A DNA stretch of 64,000 nucleotides from a virus. Numbering within the stretch: the first letter of the stretch is position 1; each line of letters begins with the position of its first letter. Positions 7,876-17,196 of the stretch are shown in pieces. Where the stretch lies: the IMG/VR virus record IMGVR_UViG_3300045988_004573, positions 32,001-96,000 of that record; one strand, 5' to 3'. The translations under genes and the position numbers were made by a program. A model generated the notes under the pieces. That model did no database searches and had not been told where the DNA came from. It worked only from the letters and a program-made list of their open reading frames with translations.

Positions 7876-8899
7876 AGAACTGGCATGGAATGTGGATGAA
7901 CCAACCTATAGGGCTGATAGTGCTATAAGCTACTCAACTCTAAGCAGGTTTGAGAGGGAAGGATGGAGAAAGCTTGGCTCACTCTTTGATAAGATTGAGA
8001 CACCTTCACTCACATTTGGAAGTGCTGTTGATACTAAGCTGACTGATGGGGATGAGGCATTCAATGAAAGGTTCATTGTATGTGACTTCCCACCATTGTC
8101 AGATACATTGATAAGCATTACAAAGTTCCTCCACAAGAACTTCCATGAGAACCATAGGAAACTCAGCATGATAGATGATGCTGAGATAAGCAGGGCTGCA
8201 CTGATGTTCAACTATTATGCTAATCCCAAGTATGAGAACTTTAGGGTAAAGAGTATTAAGGAGAGCTGTGATGAGTATTACTCATTACTCACATTAGCAG
8301 GAGACAAGACTGTGCTATCACAGAATGACTATGCTGATGTAATGGCTTGTGTGGATGAGTTAAAGACCAATCCAGCAACCAAGTACTTCTTTAGCTCAAA
8401 TCCCTTTGAGACTCACATTGAGAAGGTGTTCCAGTTGAAGTTCAGGGCAGAGTTCCAAGGCATACCTGTCAGATGTATGTTTGATGAGATTATTGTAGAC
8501 CATGAGAAGAAGATGATATACCCTATAGACTTAAAGACCACAGGTCATCCTGAGGAAGAGTTTGAAGGGTCTTTCTCTCAATGGAGATATGATATTCAAG
8601 CCAAGTTATATACCTATATATTACAGGAGTGTATCAAGAATGATGAGTACTTCAAGGATTTCAAGATACAGCCCTATCAGTTTGTGGTTATAAACAGAAG
8701 GACTGTAGCTCCTATTGTATGGGTGTATGAAGGGAACTTTGGACAGGTAGACCTTAGAGATGAGAAAGGTAATATATTGAGGGATTGGAGGAAGATACTC
8801 GATGAACTCCATTATTACCTGAGATATGCTGGCAAGTACAGTATAAGGGCAATAGCAAATAACTGTGTATTAAAGATAAGTAATTTGACACCATGTTGA
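7862..8899 (+). CDS. RecB/Cas4-like PD-(D/E)xK exonuclease
   Basis: FGSAVDTKLTDG, MFDEIIVD...IYPIDLKTTG (D...D-x-K) and DIQAKLYTY (QxxxY). The track start at 7853 is TTG, so the start was re-set to ATG 7862. Confidence 0.75.
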   Translation: MKSIRELAWNVDEPTYRADSAISYSTLSRFEREGWRKLGSLFDKIETPSLTFGSAVDTKLTDGDEAFNERFIVCDFPPLSDTLISITKFLHKNFHENHRKLSMIDDAEISRAALMFNYYANPKYENFRVKSIKESCDEYYSLLTLAGDKTVLSQNDYADVMACVDELKTNPATKYFFSSNPFETHIEKVFQLKFRAEFQGIPVRCMFDEIIVDHEKKMIYPIDLKTTGHPEEEFEGSFSQWRYDIQAKLYTYILQECIKNDEYFKDFKIQPYQFVVINRRTVAPIVWVYEGNFGQVDLRDEKGNILRDWRKILDELHYYLRYAGKYSIRAIANNCVLKISNLTPC

Positions 8900-11052
8900 A
8901 AGTAGTTAAGAGAGACGGAAGTATTGAGGACTTTAATGTCCAGAAGGTAGTCAATGCAGTCCAGAAGGCATTTGCATCAGTAGGGTGTGAGCTACCTGAG
9001 TATCTGAACACAATGATACCTGCCTTATTTGAAGAGGGAGATGTCATTGGTGTAGAGGATATACAGGATAGAGTAGAGCAACTACTGATGAATGACAAGC
9101 ACTTCAAGGCTGCTAAGTCATATATCCTGTATAGAGAGAAGCACAAGCAGGCTAGGTTTATCAAGGAGAGGATTGACTATATGGATAAGTACAGTCAGTC
9201 CAATGAGAATGCAGCCACTTCATCAGAGACAGATGCCAATGCAAATGTCACTATGAAGAATGTAGCTAACCTTGAGGGAGAGGTCTATAAGACCACTAAT
9301 AGAGTAGTGCAGAGACAAAGGATGAAGGATGAGCTGAATAAGTTATATCCAGAGGTAGCCAAGCAGTATGAGGAGGATTTGAACCATCATATCATATACA
9401 CACATGATGAGGCTACTACTCCTGTGTTGAAGCAGTATTGTATGGCAGTCTCACTATATCCTCTTATGACAGAGGGTGTAGGTAATATAGATGGAATAAC
9501 TCCTTCTGCTCCTAATGACCTACAGTCATTCAGTGGGCAAATCACCAATCTTATATTCTTACTCTCATCACAGTGTAAGGGTGCAGTTGCAGTAGGTGAA
9601 TACTTTATTGCACTGAACTATTATATTGTGCAGGAGTTTGGTACTAACTGGTATGAGAAGCTGGATGTAGTAACTGCCACAGAGCATTGCAGTAAGCAGA
9701 GAACTGTAAGGGATGCTATCTATAAGGCATTCAAGCAGTTCATCTATGGTGTAAATCAACCTGCTGGTAATAGGTCTTATCAGAGTCCATTCACCAATGT
9801 GTCATACTATGACCATACCTACTTCAACTCTTTGTTCAGTGACTTCTGCTATCCTGATGGTACTAAACCACAGTGGGAAGCTATAGACTGCCTGCAAAGA
9901 CTGTTTATGAAGTTCTTCAATAAGCTGAGAACCAAGCAGATACTTACCTTCCCTGTAGAAACTATGGCTATGGTGTATGACCCTAAGACCAATGATATTA
10001 TAGATAAGGACTATAAGGACTTCACTGCTGAGATGTATGCAGAAGGTCATAGCTTCTTCACCTATATATCAGATAGTGCTGATAGTCTTGCATCATGTTG
10101 TAGATTGAGGAATGAGCTTGCAGAGAATACTTTCAATCCTACATCAGGTCTTACTGGTGTAATGACTGGTAGCTGTAATGTTATCACTCTTAACATCAAT
10201 AGGATTGTACAGGACTGGTTCAAGTCTATAGGAGGTGTTTATCCTATGGATAGATTATCTACTGACTTTAAGTCTTATCTTACATCTATACTTGAAAGAG
10301 TCTATAAGTATCACATTGCCTTCAAGACAATGCTGTATGACCTTGAGGATAGAGGTATGTTTGCTGCTTCTAATGGTGGATATATCAGAGTATCAAAGCT
10401 ATACAGTACCATAGGTATCAATGGCTTGAATGAAGCTGCTAGGTTCTTGTGTCTTGAGGTATCTAACAATAAGGACTATATTGAGTTCTTGCAGTTGGTT
10501 CTTGGTACTATTAAGGAACAGAACAAGTTACACTCTATCCATGACAGGAAGAGACCATTCCTGTTCAATTCTGAGGTAGTTCCTGCTGAGGGATTAGGTG
10601 GTAAGAACTATAGATGGGATAAGGAAGATGGATATGTAGTTCCAGAAGATGAGAATCTGTATAACTCATACTTCTATAATGCACATGATGATACCTCGGT
10701 GCTTGATAAGTTCATACTTCATGGAAGGCAGACTTACCAATATACTGATGGAGGTTCAGCAGCTCATATCAATCTTGAAGACCATCTGAGTAAAGAGCAG
10801 TATCTCAAGTTGATAGACTTTGCCATAGTCAATGGAACTAATTACTTCACATTTAATATTCCTAATAGTAAGTGTGATGAATGTGGTTACATTACTAAGC
10901 ATCCTATCACTGAGTGTCCTAAGTGCCATAGTAAGAACATTACCCAATATACCAGAGTGATAGGTTATCTCAGACCTATCAAGTCATTTGGTAAGGATAG
11001 ACAAATAGAAGCTAACAAAAGAGTTTACAGTAAGGATGTTGAAGTATGTTGA
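8893..11052 (+). CDS. nrdD: Anaerobic (class III) ribonucleoside-triphosphate reductase
   Basis: N-terminal ATP-cone (MLKVVKRDGSIEDFNVQKVVNAV), ASCCRLRN active-site motif, C-terminal zinc ribbon CDECGY...CPKCHS, and the glycyl-radical motif RVIGY at nt 10954-10968. Confidence 0.9.
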   Translation: MLKVVKRDGSIEDFNVQKVVNAVQKAFASVGCELPEYLNTMIPALFEEGDVIGVEDIQDRVEQLLMNDKHFKAAKSYILYREKHKQARFIKERIDYMDKYSQSNENAATSSETDANANVTMKNVANLEGEVYKTTNRVVQRQRMKDELNKLYPEVAKQYEEDLNHHIIYTHDEATTPVLKQYCMAVSLYPLMTEGVGNIDGITPSAPNDLQSFSGQITNLIFLLSSQCKGAVAVGEYFIALNYYIVQEFGTNWYEKLDVVTATEHCSKQRTVRDAIYKAFKQFIYGVNQPAGNRSYQSPFTNVSYYDHTYFNSLFSDFCYPDGTKPQWEAIDCLQRLFMKFFNKLRTKQILTFPVETMAMVYDPKTNDIIDKDYKDFTAEMYAEGHSFFTYISDSADSLASCCRLRNELAENTFNPTSGLTGVMTGSCNVITLNINRIVQDWFKSIGGVYPMDRLSTDFKSYLTSILERVYKYHIAFKTMLYDLEDRGMFAASNGGYIRVSKLYSTIGINGLNEAARFLCLEVSNNKDYIEFLQLVLGTIKEQNKLHSIHDRKRPFLFNSEVVPAEGLGGKNYRWDKEDGYVVPEDENLYNSYFYNAHDDTSVLDKFILHGRQTYQYTDGGSAAHINLEDHLSKEQYLKLIDFAIVNGTNYFTFNIPNSKCDECGYITKHPITECPKCHSKNITQYTRVIGYLRPIKSFGKDRQIEANKRVYSKDVEVC

Positions 11053-11491
11053 TACTAAGGTAGTCTTTGCAGAGATACCTGATGAGATAACTCTTGCCAT
11101 CAATATATCTAATTGTCCATGCCATTGTAAGGGCTGTCATAGTCCTTACTTGGCAGAGGATATAGGTACTGAACTTACTTTCAATGAGTTAAGAAGGTTA
11201 ATCAGGAATAACAGCGGTATTAGCTGTATAGCTTTTATGGGTGGTGATTCTGAGCCAGAGAGAATAGATGCTTTGGCTTCTTTTGTAACCAACCATTATC
11301 AATTGAAGGTAGCTTGGTATAGTGGTAGACAAGAGCTTAGTAAGGATATTGAGCTTAGGAACTTTGACTACATTAAACTTGGTCCATATATAGAGGAACT
11401 GGGTCCATTGAGTAGTAGGACTACCAACCAAAGACTCTATAGAGTAGAGAAAGAAGTGTTAATAGATATAACAAATAAGTTTTGGAAATGA
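11036..11491 (+). CDS. nrdG: Anaerobic RNR activating enzyme (radical SAM)
   Basis: NCPCHCKGCHSP contains CxxxCxxC. The protein is small (151 aa), has FMGGDSEP, and its gene overlaps the nrdD 3' end. Confidence 0.85.
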   Translation: MLKYVDTKVVFAEIPDEITLAINISNCPCHCKGCHSPYLAEDIGTELTFNELRRLIRNNSGISCIAFMGGDSEPERIDALASFVTNHYQLKVAWYSGRQELSKDIELRNFDYIKLGPYIEELGPLSSRTTNQRLYRVEKEVLIDITNKFWK

Positions 11492-11955
11492 AGATAAAAG
11501 TAAAAGAAATAACTGAGGGGTGCTTCCCTGTAAGGTCTAATGGTTCAGCATCAGATTGCTATGACCTGTTCCTTGCAGAGGATGTAACACTCAAGAAAGG
11601 TGAAATATATGTAGCCAAGCTGGGAGTAGCTATGGAGATGCCTAAGGGTATCATAGCTAGAGTATATAGCAGAAGCAGCTCTCCCAGTAAGTTAGGTATA
11701 GGAGTAGCCAATGGGTTAGGATTCATTGATACTGTCTATTGTGGAGACAATGACGAGTGGAAATGTCCTATCATAGCATATAAGGCTGTAACTATACCCA
11801 AAGGCACAAGAGTATGCCAGTTTGAGGTAGCTCCCTCACAGTTTGCCAAATGGCATCAGAAACTGAGATGGCTATTAACTACTCCTCTTCTGGAGCAGGT
11901 TGACCACCTTGGTAATGTAGATAGAGGGGGTATTGGGACTACTGGTACTAATTAA
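11488..11955 (+). CDS. dut: dUTP pyrophosphatase (trimeric dUTPase)
   Basis: RVYSRSS, GLGFIDTVYCGDNDEW (motif 3, G-x-ID-x-x-Y-x-G) and a C-terminal RGGIGTTG (motif 5). ATG 11488 overlaps the nrdG stop (ATGA); the track start at 11482 is TTG. Confidence 0.85.
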   Translation: MKIKVKEITEGCFPVRSNGSASDCYDLFLAEDVTLKKGEIYVAKLGVAMEMPKGIIARVYSRSSSPSKLGIGVANGLGFIDTVYCGDNDEWKCPIIAYKAVTIPKGTRVCQFEVAPSQFAKWHQKLRWLLTTPLLEQVDHLGNVDRGGIGTTGTN

Positions 11956-11969
11956 AACAAGTATGGAAC

Positions 11970-12470
11970 ATGGAATTTGTATTGAAAATAGTGTTTGTGT
12001 TGCTACTAGTAGGCATTGCTGCCATAGTAGCACATTTCGTTGATTTGGCTAGGAAGAAGATTTCCTATGATAGGATGTCATTCAGAGAGACTATGGACTT
12101 ATGTGAGCTTCCCATAGTAACATTTATGAATAATGGAAAGAAATTGAATTTCCTCTTGGACACTGGTGCAAGTAAATCTGTTATTCATAGTGGGGCTTTG
12201 GATGGGCTTACTTATAAGAGCCTCAATAAGTCTGGTGATGTATATGGTATAGATGGGAAAAGGCAAGATGCCTCATTTATCAGTATGTCTATAGGATATA
12301 GAGGTAAGGATTATAGTGAGGAGTTCCAATCTATTGATATGAGCATCCCATTCAGTAATCTAAAGTCTGACTTTGGTGTTAATCTGCATGGCATTCTGTC
12401 AAGTACTTTCTTTCAGAAGTATAGGTATGTACTGAACTTTGATGAACTGGTAGCTTATTCTATGGTATGA
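11970..12470 (+). CDS. Membrane-anchored retropepsin-like (clan AA) aspartic protease
   Basis: N-terminal hydrophobic helix (FVLKIVFVLLLVGIAAIVAHFV), then FLLDTGASKSVIHSG with D-T-G at nt 12159-12167, and a later HGILSSTFF (ILG-x-D-like). Confidence 0.7.
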   Translation: MEFVLKIVFVLLLVGIAAIVAHFVDLARKKISYDRMSFRETMDLCELPIVTFMNNGKKLNFLLDTGASKSVIHSGALDGLTYKSLNKSGDVYGIDGKRQDASFISMSIGYRGKDYSEEFQSIDMSIPFSNLKSDFGVNLHGILSSTFFQKYRYVLNFDELVAYSMV

Positions 12471-12736
12471 AAGACTTGATTAAACTTAAGTCAAGAGGCT
12501 ATGAGGAGAACTACTTGAAGAAGCTAAAGAAACCTGATGGTTCAGAGTCAAAGACTTATGTACTCAAGGTATCTACTCCCTATCTTAGATGTGGGGAAGT
12601 GGAAGGAGGCAGAAAGTTCATTGACCTATCAGGGGGTCCTATGATTGTAGTAGGTGCTTATCTTGAGGAAGCTGAGGCAGTAGTCAAATCAATAGACTTC
12701 ACTGTAGGTTATGGCTACACTATAACATTTGAGTAA
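12467..12736 (+). CDS. Hypothetical small protein
   Basis: 89-aa ORF with ATGA overlap upstream and TAATG overlap with the polymerase start. Confidence 0.55.
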   Translation: MKDLIKLKSRGYEENYLKKLKKPDGSESKTYVLKVSTPYLRCGEVEGGRKFIDLSGGPMIVVGAYLEEAEAVVKSIDFTVGYGYTITFE

Positions 12737-14857
12737 TGGATGAGTGGTTTGAAGAAGGAAAGCATGAAGCTATCAAGTACTATGGTGAGCAGATATACTA
12801 TGTGTCTGGAGTTGCAAACTTATTTAGTGATGCAGAGATAGGATGTCCTTATAAGAATATATCAGTAAGGGAATCACTGGAGCTTCTCAGTACACTAAAG
12901 GTTGTAGGATTGGATAGTGAGACTAGAGGTACAGAGATATGGCAAGGTCAGCTGCTGTTACTTCAATTAGGTAACAAGCACTTTCAAGTAGTCATTGACT
13001 GTACCACTGTAGATGTCAAGCTATACAAGGAGTTCCTTGAGAGTGATAGGCTTTTCATAATTCATAATGCCAAGTTTGACCTAAGATGGTTATATAAGGA
13101 GGGTATTGTAATCAGAAATGTATTTGATACTTTCCTTGCAGAGAAGATACTGTTCCTGGGATTTCCACCAGGAATAGTGTCACTCAGCTTGCAGGCTTGT
13201 TGTGACAGGTATCTTAATGTCTACCTTGACAAGACAGTCAGAGGTAAGATTAACTATGGTGTCACTGATGAGGTAATAATCTATTCAGCCAATGATGTTG
13301 TGTTCCTTGAAGATGTCATGGAAGCACAGTTAAAGCAGATAGAGGCTAGAGGTCAGAGAGTCGCCTTAGAGATAGAGAACAGGTTTGTGAGAGTATTGGC
13401 TTATATTGAGTTCTGTGGTATAAGGCTTGACATTGAAAGGTGGAAAGCCAAGATGGTTAAGGATGCTGAAAGGCTGAGAGTAGCAGAGCAGAAACTCAAT
13501 GATTGGGTTGTAGAGTATGTGATGTCCAAAGGAGACACAGATGCTATAGCCTATGATGTTCAGACTAAGAGAGGAAAGGTAAAGAGAGCTAAGGGTACTA
13601 TAGGTAAGTATGTAGCTATAGACCCACAGCAGAACCTCTTTGAGGAGAACAAGCCAAGATGTATCATCAACTGGAACAGTAACAAGCAGGTTATACCATT
13701 GTTTGAGGAGTTAGGGTTCAATGTATGGGCTAAAGACAAGAAGACTGGAAAGATGAAGAAGTCAGTAGACTCAAAGCTGCTTAAACAGCAGTTGGATAAG
13801 AGTCCTCTGGCTAAGTTATATCTTGATTACTCTGGTGAGTTCAAGGTAGTTACTTCATTTGGTCAGAACTTCTTGGATGCAGTCAATCCTGTTACAGGGA
13901 GAATACACCCTACATTCAATCAGATGATGGACACTGGCAGGTTGAGTTGTGGTAAAGGAGGAAAGAAAGGTGGAGGTAAGACTAAGGATGATGACTTTGC
14001 TGAGGAAGAGCAGACTGAGCAGGATGCTGATGTTATCATAGCAGTAGATAAGAGTGTGAATGTTCAGCAGTTGCCATCTGATGCAGAGACTAGAGCTTGC
14101 TTCATACCTGATAAAGACCACATGCTAGTTGATTGTGATTATGGAGACCAAGAAGGTCATGTCTTTACTGAGTTAAGTCAGGATAAGGCATGGATTGATT
14201 TCTATAATGACCCCAATGAGAGAGATGGTCACTCCTTTGTAGCCAAGATGATATTCTCTGATGAGCTAAAGGATATACCAGAGAAGGAAGTAAAGAAGAA
14301 GAGGAAAGACTTGAGGGATGCTGCAAAGCCAGCAAGGTTTACCTTTAATTATAATGGGACAGCCAATGCCTTAGCAGCTAACACAGGTAAGTCTCTTGAG
14401 TTCTGTGAGTTGTGCTTTAAGAAGTACTTCTCAGCATTCAAAGGTATAGCCAGCTACTTTAGAGTGAGTAAGGCTAATATGTGGAAAAGAGGTTATATCC
14501 TAATCTCAAAGTACACTGGACTGAGGGCTTACATCTATGACTATCCTATACTGAAAGGCATAGAGAGAAGAATCAAGAGAATGGGTCAGGAGTTCTGGGA
14601 TTCCTATAGGAAAGCCAGAGACTCTGGTCAAGTCATTGATGATGTCCCTGCTGTGGTTCTTCAACAGATGGCAAGGAAGTTTGCCAATGGAGAACCTATG
14701 GAGGCTATTGCTATAAGGTATGAGTATAAGGTCAAGAAGGGTAAGAAGATTGAGACAAAGTATATTGATATTAACAGGGAAACTGTATTGATTAAACTCT
14801 GGAAGCATCTGGCAAAGAGAAGGTCATCATCTGAGAACCAGTCCTGTAACTATCCCT
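12736..14857 (+). CDS. polA: Family A DNA polymerase with 3'-5' exonuclease, exon 1 (predicted 5' splice site after T14857)
   Basis: Exo I VVGLDSET, Exo II IHNAKFDLRWL, Exo III YSANDVVFL, motif A LVDCDYGDQEGH and motif B RDAAKPARFTFNYNG. The conserved N-x-P-x-QGTAAD block is cut after SCNYP, and the frame then ends in the non-conserved tail LIVGAYSGDII*. Confidence 0.85.
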
Positions 14858-14914
14858 TAATTGTGGGGGCATATAGTGGTGACATTATATGAAAACTCAG
14901 TGAATTGCTGGAAG

Positions 14915-15011
14915 GCTAAGGAGAAATCTATGCTAATCAGCAGCCAAGACTTGTAGAAATGCAAGTAAGGTTCAGAGACTAATCAAAGTAAGCTAAGGAG
15001 AAATCTATGCT
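14915..15011 (+). repeat. Perfect 20-bp direct repeat GCTAAGGAGAAATCTATGCT (14915-14934 and 14992-15011) inside the intron
   Basis: The two copies were read directly from the sequence. They lie 77 nt apart and flank the P7-like GGTTCAGAGACTAA string. Confidence 0.9.
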
Positions 15012-15081
15012 GAAATGGGCAAGAGTGCTGAGTATCTCTTAATTATTTATTTACCCTATTGGATAATTAAGAAATAATTTG

Positions 15082-15089
15082 TATCTTTG
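15082..15089 (+). promoter_or_regulatory. Bacteroidota-type -7 promoter box (TAnnTTTG) for the intron HNH gene
   Basis: TATCTTTG lies 25 nt upstream of ATG 15115. Confidence 0.5.
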
Positions 15090-15114
15090 TACTATAAATT
15101 AAAGATAACAAATT

Positions 15115-15690
15115 ATGAAGAGATGTTCAAGTTGTGGTAAGTTAAAGGATGAATCAGAGTTTTATCATTATAAGTCATCAAAGGATGGCTTGACTCACCA
15201 GTGTAAGCAATGTATGTCTGAATATAGGGCTTCTAAAAGAGAGCATTATAAAGAGTATATGGCTTATAGGAGAGAGGTGGATAATGAAACTATAAAAGCT
15301 AATAGGAGAAAGCATTATAGGAATCATCCTGAGAGTAGAATGTTAATGGCAGCCAAGCAAAGAGCTAAGAATCAAGGATTAGAATTTAACTTGACTATAG
15401 ATGATATAGTCATCCCTGATAAATGCCCTTTGTTAGAAGTTCCTTTTGTTGCTGGAGAAAAAGGTAATTATGAATATACACCCTCCCTTGATAGAATAGA
15501 CCCTACTAAGGGATATATTAAAGGGAATGTATGGGTAATTACTAAAAGAGCAAATACAATGAAGAATAATGCAACAAGGGAGGAATTATTAAAGTTTGCT
15601 GATAACATCTATAAATATTTTGGAGATAATGATATAGTCCAACCTATTGAGAAATCAATAGAACTACAGGATAAAGAGCCTGTAGGGTAA
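15115..15690 (+). CDS. Intron-encoded HNH homing endonuclease with an N-terminal zinc finger
   Basis: CSSCGK...HQCKQC, CPLLEVPF, and SLDRIDPTKGYIKGNVWVITKRANTMKNN (H-N-N type core). It is a paralog of the 20570..21115 gene and sits between the two polymerase exons. Confidence 0.85.
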   Translation: MKRCSSCGKLKDESEFYHYKSSKDGLTHQCKQCMSEYRASKREHYKEYMAYRREVDNETIKANRRKHYRNHPESRMLMAAKQRAKNQGLEFNLTIDDIVIPDKCPLLEVPFVAGEKGNYEYTPSLDRIDPTKGYIKGNVWVITKRANTMKNNATREELLKFADNIYKYFGDNDIVQPIEKSIELQDKEPVG

Positions 15691-15699
15691 TAAATATTG

Positions 15700-15953
15700 C
15701 ACAAGGTACAGCAGCAGCTATGACTAAGATTGCTGGTATAATGTACTTTGACTACTTGGTAGAGTCAGGACTTATATTCAAGGTATTGATACCTAATGAT
15801 GTCCATGATGAGTATCTGATAGAACCACCTACTGATATAGCTGAACAGGAAGCTAGGAAACTTAGTGAATGTATGGAAGCATCAGCAGCTATGTTCTGTC
15901 AGTCAGTCAAGATTAAGGCAGTTCCTGAAATTGCAGACCATTGGGTGCATTAA
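15700..15953 (+). CDS. polA: Family A DNA polymerase, exon 2
   Basis: In frame upstream of the track ATG (15720) the sequence reads QGTAAA with no start codon, completing the polymerase QGTAAD block. It continues MTKIAGIMYFDYL...IPNDVHDEYLIE (motif C, VHDE) and ends ADHWVH* (compare Pol I ...W-x-x-AH*). Confidence 0.8.
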
Positions 15954-15956
15954 ACT

Positions 15957-16286
15957 ATGGAAGCTTGGAGAATAGCTATTCCTATAGCAGTATTCATATT
16001 ATGTACTATAGGTGCATGGTATGCAATAAAGCTAAGGTGGAAAGAGCTGAGAGACAGAATGTATGTATATCCTAAGAATGGTCATCAATATATGCCACTT
16101 TATAGATGCAGGATGAAATGTCCTGCATCTGGTGAGTGGTTTGATGCACTAATCTATCAGGATTGCAAGACTGAGAACCTGTATGTTAGGGATAGGAAGG
16201 ACTTCCTTGACAAGTTTGTTAAACTAACTGAATGGGAAAATGACAAGGGAAGAGGCAGTAATGGGCTTGATACTCATAGTGATTAG
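15957..16286 (+). CDS. Hypothetical protein with an N-terminal membrane anchor
   Basis: 109-aa ORF with the hydrophobic segment IAIPIAVFILCTIGAWYAI near the N-terminus. Confidence 0.55.
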   Translation: MEAWRIAIPIAVFILCTIGAWYAIKLRWKELRDRMYVYPKNGHQYMPLYRCRMKCPASGEWFDALIYQDCKTENLYVRDRKDFLDKFVKLTEWENDKGRGSNGLDTHSD

Positions 16287-16342
16287 TACATTATATGGAG
16301 TGGCAAGCTATTACTATAGTAAACAGTTAAATAAGTATAAGA

Positions 16343-16768
16343 ATGGAAACAACAGTAAACAAGGAGTATCAGAAACTGATTGATATTGTCAAGTCAGTGA
16401 GGGATATGGCTAGCCTTAGTCCTGAAATGTGTACTAGGCTCAAGACAGTAGAGCAGGGTCTTATGAACTTAGGCTCAAGACCTATGCTATCTGATAATGT
16501 GCAGTCCTTTATGGACATAGCCACTAATATGGCTAAGACTTATGCAGCTAAGAACCATGACTATGGTAACTCATTTGAGCAGTCCTGCAATAAGTTTGGC
16601 ATCATAGCATCAGTGGTAAGACTAGGAGACAAGATGAATAGGATTGAGTCTTTAGCTGTCAAGAAAGCTGAGGTTAAAGATGAGTCTATCAAAGATACTC
16701 TTCTGGACCTTGCTAACTATGCTATTATGACTGTAATGTGGTTAAATCAGCAACCTAAAGAGGAATAA
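16343..16768 (+). CDS. All-alpha MazG-like / DUF1599-like nucleotide pyrophosphohydrolase-type protein
   Basis: AAKNHDYGNSFEQS...VRLGDKMNRIESL matches, from memory, the K-x-x-DYG...R-x-x-DK-x-x-R pattern of DUF1599/MazG-like phage proteins. Confidence 0.5.
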   Translation: METTVNKEYQKLIDIVKSVRDMASLSPEMCTRLKTVEQGLMNLGSRPMLSDNVQSFMDIATNMAKTYAAKNHDYGNSFEQSCNKFGIIASVVRLGDKMNRIESLAVKKAEVKDESIKDTLLDLANYAIMTVMWLNQQPKEE

Positions 16769-16770
16769 GC

Positions 16771-17196
16771 ATGGTAATAGCAGTAGACTTTGATGGAACT
16801 TGTGTAACACATGAGTTCCCCAATGTGGGTAAAGATATAGGTGCAGTACCTGTATTGAAGAGACTTGTAGAGAAGGGTCATCATATCATCCTCCATACTA
16901 TGAGAAGTCATAGCAATGGGGAGATTGGCAACTTTGACAAGAATGGCAATCCTATTGAGAGAGATACTTTACAGGATGCTATTGACTGGTTCAAGAAGAA
17001 TGATATTCCTTTGCTTGGAGTCAATGAGAACCCTACTCAGAAGAGATGGACTTCCTCACCCAAGATATTTGCTCATCTGTATATAGATGATGCAGCTCTT
17101 GGAGTACCACTTAAGAGAGACCCTCAGCTAAGTGACAGGCTCTATGTGGATTGGGAGAAAGTGTTGAACTGGTTAGTAATAAGCGGAATGTTATGA
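16771..17196 (+). CDS. Minimal HAD-superfamily phosphatase-like protein
   Basis: N-terminal MVIAVDFDGTCV (the DxDxT nucleophile motif), ILHTMRS (a motif II-like Thr/Ser) and IDD near the C-terminus. Confidence 0.5.
   Translation: MVIAVDFDGTCVTHEFPNVGKDIGAVPVLKRLVEKGHHIILHTMRSHSNGEIGNFDKNGNPIERDTLQDAIDWFKKNDIPLLGVNENPTQKRWTSSPKIFAHLYIDDAALGVPLKRDPQLSDRLYVDWEKVLNWLVISGML

Larger units (their letters stand above)
14858..15699 (+). mobile_element. Group I self-splicing intron carrying an HNH homing endonuclease ORF
   Basis: A possible P1 pairs CCCT (14854-57) with GGGG (14865-68), putting a U-G at the splice site. GGTTCAGAGACTAA (14969-82) resembles the conserved J6/7-P7 string (Tetrahymena GUUCACAGACUAAA). 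GATATAGTC (15631-39) matches a J8/7-P7' string, and GACTA/TAGTC can form P7. There is a hairpin CTATTGA-GAAA-TCAATAG (15644-61, GNRA loop) and a hairpin CTACAGG-ATAAAGAG-CCTGTAG (15664-85). The terminal G at 15699 could be omega-G. Splicing there joins the exons in frame as NYP-S-QGTAAAMTKIAG. Confidence 0.7.

Noticed and set aside
14858-14892. Reading the polymerase ORF through to the TGA at 14890-92, as in the ORF track (12736..14892)
   Set aside because: The last 11 codons (LIVGAYSGDII) replace the universally conserved QGTAAD block, which is instead found in frame at 15702 onwards. They are interpreted as intron sequence.
14969-14985. GGTTCAGAGACTAATC, which superficially resembles a tRNA T-arm (GGTTCRA)
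   Set aside because: No acceptor, D or anticodon stems can be drawn around it. The string matches the conserved J6/7-P7 segment of group I introns, and a complementary TAGTC lies at 15635-39.
16261-16383. 40-aa hydrophobic ORF (MGLILIVISTLYGVASYYYSK...) bridging 15957..16286 and 16343..16768
   Set aside because: It overlaps both neighbours, by 26 nt and 41 nt, in other frames, and it is too short to judge. It may be real but is unsupported.
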